A stretch of 64,000 nucleotides of DNA from Zootoca vivipara (lineage: Eukaryota). The notes beneath the pieces are model-generated. The model was not told the DNA's origin. It saw only the letters and a list, made by a program, of their open reading frames with translations, and did not search any database. Positions 25,190-38,309 of the stretch are shown piece after piece (positions within the stretch are counted from its first letter, which is position 1; every line of letters starts with the position of its first letter). The DNA is taken from assembly GCF_963506605.1 (NCBI RefSeq), contig NC_083277.1, positions 117,676,001 to 117,740,000 of the forward strand, given 5' to 3'. The position numbers were made by a program, and so were the translations under genes.

Positions 25190-25490
25190 CAGGGGTGGCC
25201 AAATCCTAAGAGACTGCGATCTACTCACAGAGTTAAAAACTGGCAGTGATCTACCCCCTTTGGGGGGGTTCAGGTCAAAGTTTTTTTTAGGAAGGAGGAA
25301 AGCCCATTTTGGGGGGGGGGTTCAGGTAAAAGTTATTGAGTTTTTTCAGGGAGGAGGTAAAATGTTGAGCTTTTTTAGGGGAGCCACAGTTGTTCAGCTT
25401 CTTTGGGGGGAGCTAATGATCTACCAGTGATCTACCAGAGATGTCTAGTGATCTACCGGTAGATCACGATCTACCTGTTGGACATGCCTG
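25190..25490. mobile_element. hAT MITE with GATCTAC subterminal repeats
   Basis: TSD CTGTAGCG/CTGTAGCA; sister copy at 31570-31905. Confidence 0.85.
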
Positions 25491-27527
25491 CTGTAGCACA
25501 ATGGGAACGTTTTATTGTTGGCCGATACAGACTCAGTTGGGAGTGGGCTCTCAAATTACACTACAGATAGAGCTCTGATATGTGCCCTCCTCTGCAACAA
25601 CGTACATAGCATAATGCATAATCCTGCCCCAGGGAAGGCAAAAAAAAAGTACTATACATCTGCTTAAATCATAAATCACCAGTATCAGAATGATGAATGC
25701 CGCTGTGAATATACAGGAACATAACATGGATTTCTTCTTCATGCCTTCGGCTATTAAGAGATACTTTCATGAATGCAGACTGTTCCACCTTTGCCCAGGG
25801 CTACAAATAGTCCGCACATTCATCCTCAAAATACAAAAAAAACAACCCCTACAATTCTGCATCTACTAAATTCAAATTCTGCATGAATAAATTATGCAAC
25901 CAATATAATTTACACAAAGGGGCATAACTTTCACCAATTCTGCATAACTGCAATTGTTTACTGTTTTATATAATTTATTCTGATTTGATAGTCATGGGAA
26001 TTGAAAGAACTATACAGGACATGAATTCTAACCCCACAACCACTGGAAATCTTGTTTAGCTCAGTCCCATGACTAGCACATTATGCTGTTTTTTGAAATT
26101 TCAGAAAGCACAGCTCACATGCTTTCAAGAACACACTCAAAACAATGAGAGCTAGAAACTTGCTATCTTTTAAAGAAAGAAAAGAAAACTCTGGTTTAAA
26201 AAGATCTTAATGAAGAAAGCTACTGCTATTCAAAGCATACAATATTGGACTGGCTGGATCAATGATCTGCCTCAGTATAAGCTCCTTATGTTCAGTGTAT
26301 TACCAACAACCCTGTATCATGTGGTTTTTGAAACACAACCCCTTTTCCTACAAATCTGAGTGAAAATGGAACCATTCAAACAGCTGCATGCCCACTGTAG
26401 GGAGAATGGACAGAGGAGGGAACTACGGTATGTGTCACATGCTGTCAGCTTCCTGTCACTCTGACATCGTTGGAGTGGAATTTTGGGAAAAAACAAACAT
26501 ACTTTCCACAATCAAGAAGAAAGAAATCCCCCAGAAATCCCCAAGCATTCTCTACTACAACAAGCATCTCTAATGGCTCAGCCACTGTCTCTGAATCTCA
26601 ACAGTCACATCAGATGTGTCAGAATCTGTTCATGAAAAGTCATTTAGCAGAGAGAGAATCTCCTTGGAAAAGCCAGGGAAGGAAAAGCAACTTTACTTTG
26701 CAAAGAGAAAGATGACCACAGAAATGTCCCTTTGTTCCCAAGAAACCCTTGGGGCCGTCCACTGGGATGTTCCATATGAGTACGGTAAATGGGTGGCACA
26801 AACTCTGATTCTAAAATGGTCAAATTTCCACTTCTTTAAGGAGCCATCACAAAGCCACTCTCTACTCTTCTGGCTTTAACTCTTTTGGAATGAATTCCTC
26901 CCTATCAGTTCTGCTATCACAGCAATTAACACAGATCAACCCATTACCCAATCATTACACCACACTTTGGGGTAACTTCCCCAAACATATGCTATGTACA
27001 AACAGGAGCATTGGAGCATTGTCACGATCCTGCGTTGATTTGGTTTCAACCTCCAGAAGCCTCTACTCCAAATTCTAATGCATGAAGATCACAACAACCA
27101 CCTTGCACTCTTCCAAAAGGCAAAACTTATACAAAGACACAAATAAGAATACTTAAAGAGGGATAAGAGGTGAAATGATCAGGTGAATACATCCCTCGAA
27201 TTCACCCATTCCCAAAGCTTGGCCTGGAACACTAAGCTTATCCTAGGCCTCCTGCATAAAATGGAACATTTCCCCACTCAAAGCCCTTTTCAGCAGGTGT
27301 GGACAATTTATGGCCCGCCAGATTTCTTAGATTACTACTGTACTCACATAATCACTGTCCACAGGCCATGCAGGGTTGGAGGTGATGAGAGTTAAGAGTA
27401 CAACAGCATTTGGAGGGCTGAACAGGTCAGCCACCTCTACTCCAAAGGCGAGGGAGTATTATTATTATTAAAAATTGTATACCGCCCTTCATCTACAGAT
27501 CTCACAACAGGAAGCACCATCCAGAGC

Positions 27528-27663
27528 CAGGCACCCCCAAACTGCGGCCCTCCAGATGTTTTGGCCTACAACTCCCATGATCCCTAGCTAACAAGATCAA
27601 TGGTCAGGGATGATGGGAATTGTAGTCCAAAACATCTGGAGGGCCAAAGTTTGGGGATGCCTA
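27528..27663. mobile_element. ~135-bp hAT MITE
   Basis: same family as 6687-6822. Confidence 0.8.
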
Positions 27664-28888
27664 ATCCAGACCCTGTTTAGGAGGACCATGTTCTCTGCTT
27701 CCCTTTTCCTGATCCCTCTGACCACTTCTTCCTGGGCAAAGTTTCGGCCACTAGTAGCTATCCAATCAGACACTAATTCCTTTCACCCACAAGTTAAGAG
27801 TGGCTTTTTCTGTGGACACAGTGGAAATGCAAGAAGGTAGTCTTCCTCATAACTTTCCAGACCACGTCCGCTTCCTTCCTTCTTCCAAGGACAAGAATTT
27901 TAATCCCCACCAAACCCACCATCTGAATGCCCTCTGCAGGATGCATCCCAACAGCGTACGGTGATGCTGAGGGGCACTTGGGGTATTCCACATTTCTGCC
28001 AGTACCCCTCCTCACAAAACTGGTTCACAACACAAGCAAACAAGGCCTCTCGGTTGATAAAGGAATAATCCACAGGGTCCTGCAAGGAGAAACTGGATTG
28101 AGGGGGACTGGATATAAGAGGGTAACCAAGGAAAGATAAATGGTTCCAAGGAAAAGGATGGCAAGCGCAGGGGGATGGGGGGGTCATGCAGATCCATTAG
28201 GGTAGCTGAGGGTAGCAAGGTGATGCTACGGTTCTTCTGCAGAAGGATCCTAATGCATGGGAGCAGGAATCCAGTCTTGGTGGGAGTTTGAAAATTTAGG
28301 AGGAATTGGGGGATATAGATGCTTGAAATGCAGCTGAAAAGGAAGTGGGAAGAGCTAACCCACTGGAACAACAACAAAAAAGAGGGACTCAGATTGTGGG
28401 GTGGAGTGAGCAAAGTGTGGAAGAGGTCAAGGCAGATGGGCAAGAGGGGATCTACCGGAACATCTCAGCAACCGCGAGGAATCTGTCCTGCGGAGGAATC
28501 GACCAGAGAGCCCCGGTCAGGCAAGAGCCCAGGGTGGGAGATCTGCAGACCCCAGCAAGGGGAGATTCTGGATGCAACCACCAGGGCTACAAACCCCGCG
28601 GAAGGGCGGGGGGGGGGAGAGATCGAGAGAATGGTGTCCCATATCTGAGGGGGCCAGGAAAAGTGTCTGGAAAAGTTGGAGAGGGAGGAGAAACTGTTCC
28701 TATCGAGAGGGCGGGTAGGAATCCCTCCCGCAGCGAGGATGGACTAGGGGGATTTTTCAATCCTGATGAGAGCCTTGCAACGGAATCTACCCGCAGCAGC
28801 AGCGTCGAGAAGGGGATGTGGGGTGTTGAGAGGGATCTACGAGGGGATCGGAGCGGGAGAGGGGAGGTAAGGAAGAGGGATCTCTCAC

Positions 28889-29005
28889 CAGCACCATCGC
28901 GAATCTCTCCTCCAGCTCCCCCTGGTCCGGCATGGGCACTTTCCCCGGCGGGGGCGGCAGGAGCCCGGAGCCCCCGCCGGGCTCCCCGCTCTCGGCGTTC
29001 CCCAT
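28889..29005 (-). CDS. FMNL3: formin-like protein 3, coding exon 1 (remaining exons not found, presumably left of the window)
   Basis: MGNAESGEPGGGSGLLPPPPGKVPMPDQGELEERFAMVL followed by a GTGAGA donor (phase 0); matches the FMNL N-terminus (MGNxxS myristoylation motif, PMP..ELEERF..VL), closest to FMNL3 as recalled. Confidence 0.85.
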
Positions 29006-29360
29006 CCCCGGCGGCTCCCGGGGAGGCGGGGACGGCAGAGCCCTCCTTGGGTGCCCGTCGAGAGTACGGAGCCGCCGTGGCCAGGCGGCGGCGGCTGCCT
29101 CCCACCAGTCCCTCCCTCGCTGCCCGGCCGGGGACGGGACGCGGCCGTCGGCGCCGCCCCCGGCACCGCCCGCCTGCAGACATCGCCCGCCCAGCGGACG
29201 GCGAGCAACGACGGCGCCTGCCTTCCTCCCCGCCTGCTCCTCCCGCTTGCTGCCGCGCCGGGACTCCTGCGTGCGGGGCTCCCGGGTGAGGGCCAGGGCT
29301 GCCCGAAACGGTAGTTAGCCGCGACACGCACAAGCCCGCTCGTGGGGACGGAGCATCCGA
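28900..29360. promoter_or_regulatory. CpG island, promoter and 5' UTR of the FMNL3-like gene
   Basis: very high GC and CpG density around and upstream of the ATG; CpG-rich unique sequence continues to ~30.6 kb. Confidence 0.8.
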
Positions 29361-31569
29361 ATAAACACCTACCCTAATTATGTGCCCCCACCCCACCCCT
29401 TGTTCTTAAGGCCCAGCCCTGTGCACGCGCGCTTGGGAAGAAGCCCCACTTGTCTCAAGCGCCAATTTTCTCCGCGGGGCTAAGAAATGCTCGCTCTGGA
29501 AAGTCCAAGCATTGGGCAAAACACAGAACGAACACTGAACAATAAGTTGCAAGATCGTGCGCGCGCGCTTTAAACTTGGCCCAAAGAGTCCGCTGCTGTG
29601 TTTTAAATTCAGAAAGGAAAGTGTGCCTCCTTGAGAATCTCAGTCAATGCATATGAGAACACACTTTTTTTGCTTAAGAGCATAAAGATCACACCAAGTC
29701 CATCCTTTAGCCATGTTTTCTCGGGAGGAAGACTTTGAATTCATCGGGGCTTTTCTTACGCCCAAGTAAGTGCGCACGTAAAATTGCAGCATTTTTTTGC
29801 AGCAATGTGTTGTATGTGCGTGCATGTTGTGAGCGCAGATGACACACTAGAAACGGATCTTTCGCTTAGCCTGGCGATGTTCGGGAGAAACTGGATTACT
29901 GACCAAGGAGCAGAAGCCATCTGCAATGCAACGCGCGTTTACTTCGTGGCGCCCCCCCACGAGTGTGTAAAGGAATGAAACCGCGCGGGGGAATAACGAT
30001 AAACTCTGGCTTCAGATCGAGCAAAACGGGATTGGGATCTGCCAAGGGTCTTTCTGAGCAATCGCGCTTAGTTGGAAGTAATTCCCGGTGAAACCCGTGC
30101 ATGTGAATGCCCCTGGGATTGGGGCGAAGAAAGAAGAAACCCGCATCTCCCTCACTATGGGGGTAAAAGTGAGTTCTCTCTTCCCCTCCCCGATCACCCG
30201 GGATCATTTTACGCGCTCTCCACCCGCCTCCCCTAAAGTTCGTGCGCACGCCGTGGAGACACAAAGGGAGCCATTACTCAGCCCTGCCCATCCCACTTCG
30301 AGACATCCGGCGCTACTTGCAGGGGCTGCCCCCTCCTGGTGGAGCCCAGGATCGTCGCAGACCTCGGATCGGCCATTTTTTGGTGATCACTTTGTCCAGG
30401 TTCGCTTCGAAGAAGCAGCGGAGAGTGCAAGCCTGGAAGGCGCGCTCCTTGGCGCGTAAAACAACCCGGGTCCCTCCAAAAGGAATAAATCACCCAGTTA
30501 ACGGGGTGCCATTGAAAGTTGTCCTGCCGGCATGTTTTAAAGGGCGCTCAGTCTCGAGTGCCTGTAACCGTGACGGAGAAGTGTTTAGAGATGCACACGT
30601 GTGGACAAAGATGCCCGTGCCCTGAGCAGCAGCAGCCCCGGCCCCTTCCCGTTCTAATCATGCACAGGATGAGAGCCATGCTGCGATGGCAGGCTCCGCC
30701 CGTGGCCCACACGTGTCCTGTGTTTGTCAGAACGTGTGCAGAGCCTGAGTTCTGGCGAATACAGCTTATATGGTCAGTGACTGGTCAGATGAGGAGGAGG
30801 GGTGGAGACCAACCACCACCTTAGGAGGCTTCTGGGCAGGAGGCAGGTGCAGATAGATAGCATGGACCCAGATGCGTGGTGGTGGTGGCACGCTGGGAAA
30901 GAATGGAGGAACAGGAGCAAGCTAGCAGATGCTCCAGTCCTAAACAGAGACAGGAGTCTGAAGTGGGAGAAACAGCACAGCAGGCAGGGGACATGATGTC
31001 ACTTGAAAGCCTGGTAGAACCTCCTCCTCCTCCTCGAACCAGGCTTTCCCTGAGCATGGACGTAGGCAGGGGGGCAGGAGGGGGCAGCTGCCCCCCCTAG
31101 AAGCAAAAAAATTAATGTATTTTACAGACCATAACCAGCACTTTTCCCCTCCAAAAACTGAAGTGGAAAGGGCTTTGCTTTAGCAAGAGCAGCTAAGTCT
31201 CCGCTTGCTGGGGGGGGGGGGACACAGCAGTAACAAAAACACATCAAATAAATAAAGCAAAGTGGCTACCAGTAGTTAAGCAGTTAAGACAATGGAGCAT
31301 ATATCCCCAGGCAAGATTCGATAGCTGACCATTTCACCCTATTGTTCTTAAGTGGGAGTTGTTAATGAGCATTCAGGAGCATTAAGAGTTCTATTGGCGA
31401 TTTAATGAGGGTGCAGACTCAGAGGATTCAATTTGACTAAGGTGGCTCTGCAAGGCTAAAAGGAAGTGAATAAGAAAGGGGGGGCTGTAGCTTTGACAGA
31501 CACAGTGATGTTTATAAAAAGCATTGGTGTTCCAGTCTGCCCCTCCTCCTGCATCTGTATACTGTAAAT

Positions 31570-31905
31570 CAGGGGTGGCCACCTCCCAAGAGACTCTGAT
31601 CTACTCAGAGTTTAAAACTGGGGGTGATCTACCCCCTTTTGGGGGGTTCAGGTCAAAGCTGTTGAGTTTTTTTTAAAGGAAGGGAAGCCTTGTTTTTTGG
31701 GGTTTAGGTCAAACTTGTTGAGCTTCTTTTAGGAGGGAGGGAGGCCCATTTTTGTTTAGGGCTTCAGGTCATAGTTCAACTTTTTTGAGGGAGGAGGAAA
31801 ATTTTGGGTGAGCTTTTTTTAGGGGTGCCAGTGACCTACCAGTGATCTACCACAGACATCCAGTGATCTACTGGTAGATCACAATCTACCTGTTGGACGT
31901 GCCTG
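31570..31905. mobile_element. nested hAT MITE
   Basis: perfect TSD CTGTAAAT; same family as 25190-25490. Confidence 0.85.
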
Positions 31906-31950
31906 CTGTAAATCAAGCAGAGAGAAAGCTGCTTACAAGGCTCCTGTACA

Positions 31951-32970
31951 TGCAGAGTTCCAGCATCACAGCGTCACCCACAAATATGAGTTATCCCTCT
32001 CTCTATTTCTTCCTTCCTTCCCTCCCTCCCTCTTCCATCCTTAATAAAATACGGGGGGGGGGGCAGATAAGCTCCACATAGAAAGCCCATCAACATGGGG
32101 GGATGACTCTTTCAAATACGGTATTTACCAGTAATTGGGGGGGGGGAGAGGCACCTAGGCCTCTGGGAGTTGGCTGCTATGCCTAGGAGTAGGACAATTC
32201 AAGAAAGCAGAACGATGCATATGGTATGGTAATATATCAATAGAATCGTAGAATTGTAGTCGGAAGGGACCACAAGGGTCATCTAGTCCAACCCGCTGCA
32301 ATGCAGGAATTTTTTCCTAAGGTGGGGCTTGAACCATGGTTGAAATATTATGCTGATATGCAGCAACGCCTCGGAGCCGTCGTGGCTGCAGCCATGCCTT
32401 GCCCTGCTCTCGCCCGCCCTTCCACCCCCTCTCGCCTGCCCGACCCTCCTGTCCTCTTGCTGCAGAGTTCCAGCATCACAGCGTCATCCAGAGACACCCA
32501 CAAATATGAGTTATCTCTCTCTCTATTCCTTCCTTCCTTCCCTCCCTCTTCCATCCTTAATAAAATACGGGGGGGGGGGGCAGATAAGCCCCACATAGAA
32601 AGCCCATCAACATGGGGGGATGACTCTTTCAAATACGGTATTTACCAGTAATTGGGGGGGGGCACCTAGGCCTCTAGGAGTTGGATGCTATGCCTAGGAG
32701 TAGGACAATTCAAGAAAGCAGAATGATGCATGTGCTATGGTAATATATCAATAGAATCATAGAATTGTAGTTGGAAGGGACCACAAGGGTCATCTAGTCC
32801 AAACCCCTGCAATGCAGGAATTTTTTCCTAAGGTGGGGCTTGAACCATGGTTGAAATATTATGCTGATATGCAGCAACGCCTCGGAGCCGTCGTGGCTGC
32901 GGCCGTGTCTTGCCTCGCCCTCGCCCGCCCTGCCACCCCCTCTCGCCTGCCCGACCCTCCCGTCCTCTCC
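31951..32970 (+). repeat. ~510-bp direct tandem duplication
   Basis: units starting TGCAGAGTTCCAGCATCACAGCGTCA at 31951 and 32461 are highly similar throughout. Confidence 0.92.
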
Positions 32971-34072
32971 AGCCAAGCAGGGTAGCCGCCAACGCTACCA
33001 GCCCCAGAAGCACAAGGTGGCCGCTGCTGCCACCGCCACGATGTCATCAGGCCCGCTGGCCCTTTAGCCCCACCCACTTTATGGCCCCTCCCCTTCCGTG
33101 CCTTGGCCCCGCCCCTGAACGACCATGGCTTGCCCCCCCCCCTAGTTTTGATCCTGGCTACGCCCCTGTCCCTGAGTATCTTAGAGCAGAAAGCCAAAGA
33201 GAGACAGAAAGATTCCTTTGCTGGCCACCGAAGGCAGCAGGAGGGGTTGGGAAGCTAGGAAGTACCGCAAGGGGGGTGGAGCAGGCATTCTGATCTGAAC
33301 AAAGTCTCAAGATTGGGGGAGTATAATTCATGGTATAATTCTGTATAATTCTGCGGGAGGCAGTGGAAGACTAGTGTGTTCTGGTCCACGGGGTCATGAA
33401 GAGTCGGACACAACTGAACGACTAAACAACAACAATTCATGGTCTCTCTATGTACTGTATTTCTGTTGATTTAAATAAAAGAACTGAAAGAAGCTCACTG
33501 TGTCTCTGATTTCACTAGGCTTGCGACACATACCTGCTGTGCAAATATGTATCAATATTGGGGGGGGATCTTTTATGTGAAATTTCATGTGGGTGTTTTC
33601 AAAAAGGGCCAGTCACTAAGATAACAAAACAACACATGTAGCAGCAGCATTTATATAATACTTTATAGCGTTGAAAGTACTTTTCTTACACCATCTCGGG
33701 AACCCTGTAAGGAAGGACAGAATTATTTCCCCCAGTTTGGAAGAAACAATTGCTTAAGAATTTCTATGTCAGCAATAAACCTGCCATTTCCCCCAAATAA
33801 TTGGGTTTTAAAATGAAATCTTGAAAGTTTGTATGATATTTTAAAAATAATAATGATAATAATGTTTTCCTGACAAAGGTACATTGCTTTTTTGGGAGCT
33901 GTCACCAGGTTAGGGTTTGAAGTTGCTCATATTAGGCATGAAGATCAATTCCCTGTACACGTCTACTCAGAAATGAGCTTCACACTGCGTCTGTTGGGGC
34001 TCATACATAGGTCAATTGGGCATAGGATTGCAGCCTACAATATATTATTATATTTTAATAATGCTATAGGGT

Positions 34073-34238
34073 TCAGGGCCTCTTGGATGCAGATGTCGGC
34101 TTCACTGGTAAGGCTTTCTCACAGACATAGAAGGATTCAGAACTGCAGGTGTAGTCATTCCATTCCCCATTGATCCAAACTTGGCCACAGTCCTCTTCCT
34201 GGTTTTGATAACTGTTGGGTTCTCCTTGCTTCCAGTTC
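34073..34238 (-). CDS. hepatic lectin-like C-type lectin, exon 6 (last; CTLD part 3)
   Basis: CACAG acceptor; NWKQGEPNSYQNQEEDCGQVWINGEWNDYTCSSESFYVCEKALPVKPTSASKRP-stop; EPN and WND motifs. Confidence 0.92.
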
Positions 34239-34825
34239 CTGTGATGGAAGCAAGATGTCTCTGTCTCTCTCTCTCTCTGAGCCTCATCATCATCAACAAA
34301 AATTCACTAAACCCATTTATGTTCACCCACTAGGAATTCTAGGCCACTGTTGCCCAAACTTCTAACAGATTAATATTTTCCTCCCCCTAAATTAAAATTG
34401 AAAGCCTATTTACTTTTACAGTTAAAAAGATTTATTCCCTGTACACGTCTACTCAGAAATGAGCTTCACACTGCGTCTGTTGGGGCTTATACCTAGGTCA
34501 AGTGGGCATAGGATTGCAGCCTACAATATATTATTATAATTTAATAATATTATAGGGTTATTATATTATTGTTCCATAGGGTTGCAGCCTTCCAAACATA
34601 GGACCGGTGTGACCTAGTTGCTTCCCATATGAAAAACTGGCAGTAACACTGTCACCCCTTGTGACCTCCAGTCACTGAGGAACAACAGTGATGGGGCAGA
34701 GGCCTTCCAGTCAACCTCTGGTCGGCCTCAGGAATGGGGGGAGCAGGATTAGGTGGGCCTTTGGCCTAGTCCCACAAGTCTCTTCTTCTGTTCTTATGAC
34801 CCCAGAGGAGTTGCCCAGCGCTTAC

Positions 34826-34938
34826 GTGAAGCCTGTTCTGTAATTGCTGCTGTCCAGCCATTTCCACTCGCCTTCTGTGTGTTGGTCGTGGAGTCCAATC
34901 CAATAGCGCTCATTCCTGGTCCGGGTCTGTATGAAATT
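34826..34938 (-). CDS. hepatic lectin-like C-type lectin, exon 5
   Basis: TTGCAG acceptor, GTAAGC donor; NFIQTRTRNERYWIGLHDQHTEGEWKWLDSSNYRTGF with the WIGL motif. Confidence 0.93.
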
Positions 34939-35282
34939 CTGCAAGAGGCAAATCCAAAATACAGAAATATGGGGCTGCGTCAAACAAAGGCATCCCCTTA
35001 GCGCAAAGACTTCCTTCTTCCTCTCCTTTCCCTCACCCCCCTCCCAATTTTTCCTGGGGTTCTCCAACGGCCAGAGCAGACTTGGGGGGTGGGGGGCACA
35101 GGGACAGGAATTCCATGGTGTAGGTGGAAGTGCTTGTGTCGATGGGTCCAGTTCTCTTGTTACAACCATTGCTTCGGTGTTTGCATGAAGATGAAGATTC
35201 TGGGGCTACCTACTTTGCAGAGAAGGAGAAGAGTTGGCAAGCAAGTGAGTGATCAAGGAAAATATGTTTCACATCTTGTTAC

Positions 35283-35434
35283 CTGTTTGGCCAAATTGTT
35301 GATGATGACCAGCTGAGAGTGCTGCTGTTCACACTGTGCTTTGGCCATATGCCAGGACACAGCCTTCAGGGAGAAGTAGTAGCATTTCCCACTGAAATAT
35401 TCCCATTGTCTGGTGTCGGCACCACACGGAAACA
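35283..35434 (-). CDS. hepatic lectin-like C-type lectin, exon 4
   Basis: CTCAG acceptor, GTAACA donor; FPCGADTRQWEYFSGKCYYFSLKAVSWHMAKAQCEQQHSQLVIINNLAKQ. Confidence 0.93.
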
Positions 35435-35679
35435 CTGAGCAAAGGAAAAAGATGAGAGAGAGAGAACTTGGCACTAGCCTAACTTGTCAATTTAGCAGGG
35501 TCTAAAAAGTAGTCCAGAGAAGAACGACGACTGGGTGAAGGGACTTGCTCTAGTGACGCAGCGTTGTGTGTTCAATGTTGCAGATGTAGTGTTGAACTGC
35601 AATTCCCAGTAACCGTAACAAACTACAGCTCCCAGGATTCTTGGGGAGGGGGCAAGCCATGTACTTCAAATGTGATGTC

Positions 35680-35769
35680 CATAGCTGTCAAGTTTCCCCT
35701 TTTCTCACGAGGAAGCCTATTCAGCATAAGAGAATTTCCCTTTAAAAAAGGGAAAACTTGACAGCTATG
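35680..35769. mobile_element. ~90-bp hAT MITE
   Basis: TIR CATAGCTGTCAAGTTT/AAACTTGACAGCTATG; sister copy at 37823-37911. Confidence 0.8.
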
Positions 35770-35855
35770 GTGCTGTGTTCAATGTGTTGGTGGTGCATAG
35801 GCAGCCTAAATGAAATGCATCTATCCCTTTTAAACTGACTTATTTATTATTACCA

Positions 35856-36224
35856 GGGGACGTGGGTGGTGCTGTGGTCTAAACCACAGAGCCTAGGGCT
35901 TGCCGATCAGAAGGTCGTTGGTTCAAATCCCCACAATGGGGTGAGCTCCCGTTGCTCGGCCCCTGCTCCTGCCAACCTAGCAGTTCGAAAGCACGTCAGA
36001 GTGCAAGTAGATAAATAGGTGCTGCTCAGGCGGGAAGGCAAACGGCGTTTCCATGCGCTGCTCTGGTTTGCCAGAAGCGGCTTAGTCATGCTGGCCACAT
36101 GACCTGGAAGCTGTACGCCGGCTCCCTATGCCAGTAAAGTGAGATGAGCACCACAACCTCAGAGTCGTCCATGACTGGACCTAACGGTCAGGGGTCCCTT
36201 TACCATTACCATTACCTTTACCTT
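35856..36224 (+). mobile_element. Sauria SINE
   Basis: tRNA-like head (GGTGGTGCTGTGG...GGTTCAAATCC), typical body, ACCTTT-like tail. Confidence 0.88.
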
Positions 36225-37162
36225 TTATTTATTATTACATTTCTATTCCACCTTTCTTCCAAGGATCTCAAGGTAGCATAGGTGGTTCCCCACTCCCCTG
36301 TTTGATCCTCACAACAGTCCTGTGAGGTAGGTTCAGCTGAGAGGCAGTGTGGGGATCAGTGCTTCATGCCTGGTTTCTCAGGTTCAAGTCAAACACCATA
36401 GTCACCTCTCCCCATGGCTTCCCATCTCTAAATTTTAATTTGCACAATTTATTCTGCAATGTATTTACATGACTAATGTGACTCCAGGTATGGACACGTA
36501 ACACTAATCTCAAAAAAGGACACTTTTTAAAATTTAAGTCATTAAGTAAATAAGTTAAAGGATGCATAGGTCAGAAGTACTGTCTTGCTGATTATGATCA
36601 CTTCACAAGGAGAGTTAGTTTATAAAAAGCAGAAACGGTTAGTTTTTAGAAACAACTCTCTTACTTTGAGCTTGACTTGTGGGATCACCTAAAAGGACTT
36701 GGAGCAGAATTTGGGTGGAGCCTGGGAAGGCAGTCCCTCCCTGCAAAGGGGAATATAGTGTTGTAAGCTTGGGGGTTGGTTTGGATGGTGTTTTGGGGTC
36801 CCCTCCAAACTTGTTGTTTTCCACCTGTAAGATGAGATTCTGTAGCAGAAGGAAGCATTTTCTTTGTTAATGGCCAAGCTTGTTAAGGGTCAAGAACACT
36901 AGCTAACAAAAGATAGGCCTTCCTCCCTTACCTGGCTGGATGCCACGTCATCCCTAGGGGGCAGGAGAACAAATTGCCAGAGGCTAGTCTCATCTTGCTC
37001 TCTGTGCTGAACCAAAGCTATTGCTTTGTGTGTGGCGAGATGTCAGGGACTGGCTAGATGAGGAGGAGCGGTGGAATCACCTGACCAAGATCTTTCCCAG
37101 AAATCCCGGAAGAGGATTTGGATCCTAGTTTCTGGTGGTGGACAACCGGGCACACCCTAGAG

Positions 37163-37931
37163 CAGCGATGGGCAACCTTTTGAGCTTGGTGTGTCAAAAT
37201 TCGCCAAAAAACCGAGCATAACTCGGGTGGTGTGTCACTTCGAGAAAAAAACACCATAATTCCGCGATATTTATAGTTTAAACAACAAAAATGTATAATT
37301 GTAATATATAACTGTATTTAATAAACCAAAAAACCCTTATTTATCACAAAGTGCCCAGAGTTGTTGAGCTTTTTTTGGGGGGGGAGCTGCTGACCAAAGT
37401 TTGGGAGGTTTTTTTGGGGGGTGCAAAAGTTGCTTTGATTTTTTGGGGGGGAATGCCTCAAAGCTGCTGCGTTTTTTGAGGGGGAAATAGAACAGAAATA
37501 AATGATGAATAATACATTCACTGGAACTAACACACAGCACCGACATAGTCTGCCAAAGCGCCAAAAAACCTAGCACAGAACGTGTTAGAAAACGGACACT
37601 GTTACACCCAATCATAGTCTGCCAAAGCGCCAGAAAAAACAGCACAGAAGGGGTTAAAAACCAATCTCTGGCTACCAGCAACAAACAACAACAAAAAAGG
37701 ATCCGGGTGGAGACATGAGGAGGAGGAGGGGGAGAACAAATGCGGGGGGGGGGGGGGCAGACCCCACAACACACAACAACAGTGAGGGCTCTGTGTGTCA
37801 CGTCTGACACGCGTGTCATAGGCATAGCTGCCAAGTTATCCCCTTTTAAAGGGATTTTCCCTTATGCTGAATAGGCTTCCTCGCAAGAAAAGGGAAAACT
37901 TGGCAGCTATGCCATAGGTTCGCCATCACTG
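37163..37931. mobile_element. hAT element with a nested 90-bp MITE (37823-37911)
   Basis: TIR CAGCGATGGGCAACC/GGTTCGCCATCACTG; perfect TSD CCCTAGAG. Confidence 0.85.
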
Positions 37932-38234
37932 CCCTAGAGGAAAGGAAGAGCTTTAATAGAGAGACTGGTGTTTCCCTGTCTTCCTCTGATCTGTGATGGA
38001 GCTGTTCTCTTGGTCAGCTCCCTTGACCCAGAGGCAGGGGGAGCTCTGGAAGCCTAATGCTCCATCTTATGCTCGGGATGTACCGGTATATACGGTATGT
38101 GTAAATAGAACCCTATATCAAAAACACACTACAGTCTCTCCTGTGACCTTCATTTCAGGGAAACTGAACCTGAGGTAAACGCTGACACCCCTGAAGTCTC
38201 TGAGACTGAGGTCTGTGTAGCAACAGAAACTTAC

Positions 38235-38309
38235 AGTGAAAATCATGTCCGTAGGGATCCTTCGCAAGGGCTGTGCGGAGCTTGCTGATTTCTGAGGATG
38301 CTAATGCAA
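38235..38309 (-). CDS. hepatic lectin-like C-type lectin, exon 3 (neck)
   Basis: CGCCAG acceptor, GTAAGT donor; 75 nt, phase 1-1; (V)ALASSEISKLRTALAKDPYGHDFH. Confidence 0.85.

Larger units (their letters stand above)
31055..33168. mobile_element. 2.1-kb non-autonomous hAT element with cargo
   Basis: termini CATGGACGTAGGCAGG...CCTGGCTACGCCCCTG; perfect TSD TCCCTGAG at 31047-31054 and 33169-33176. Confidence 0.8.

Noticed and set aside
1-28888. FMNL3 exon 2 (expected MNLPPDK...WDLICDQ)
   Set aside because: Not found by eye; assumed to lie beyond the left edge
28345-29396. Long ORFs (314 aa plus, 269 aa minus) over the FMNL3 promoter
   Set aside because: Low-complexity Arg/Pro/Gly translations caused by stop-poor CpG-island DNA; only the 39-codon exon has family similarity and a splice donor
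36348-38225. Possible solo LTR in lectin intron 3 (TG...CA ends; 3' part resembles 44.1-44.2 kb)
   Set aside because: No TSD found and boundaries are ambiguous; needs a repeat-library search
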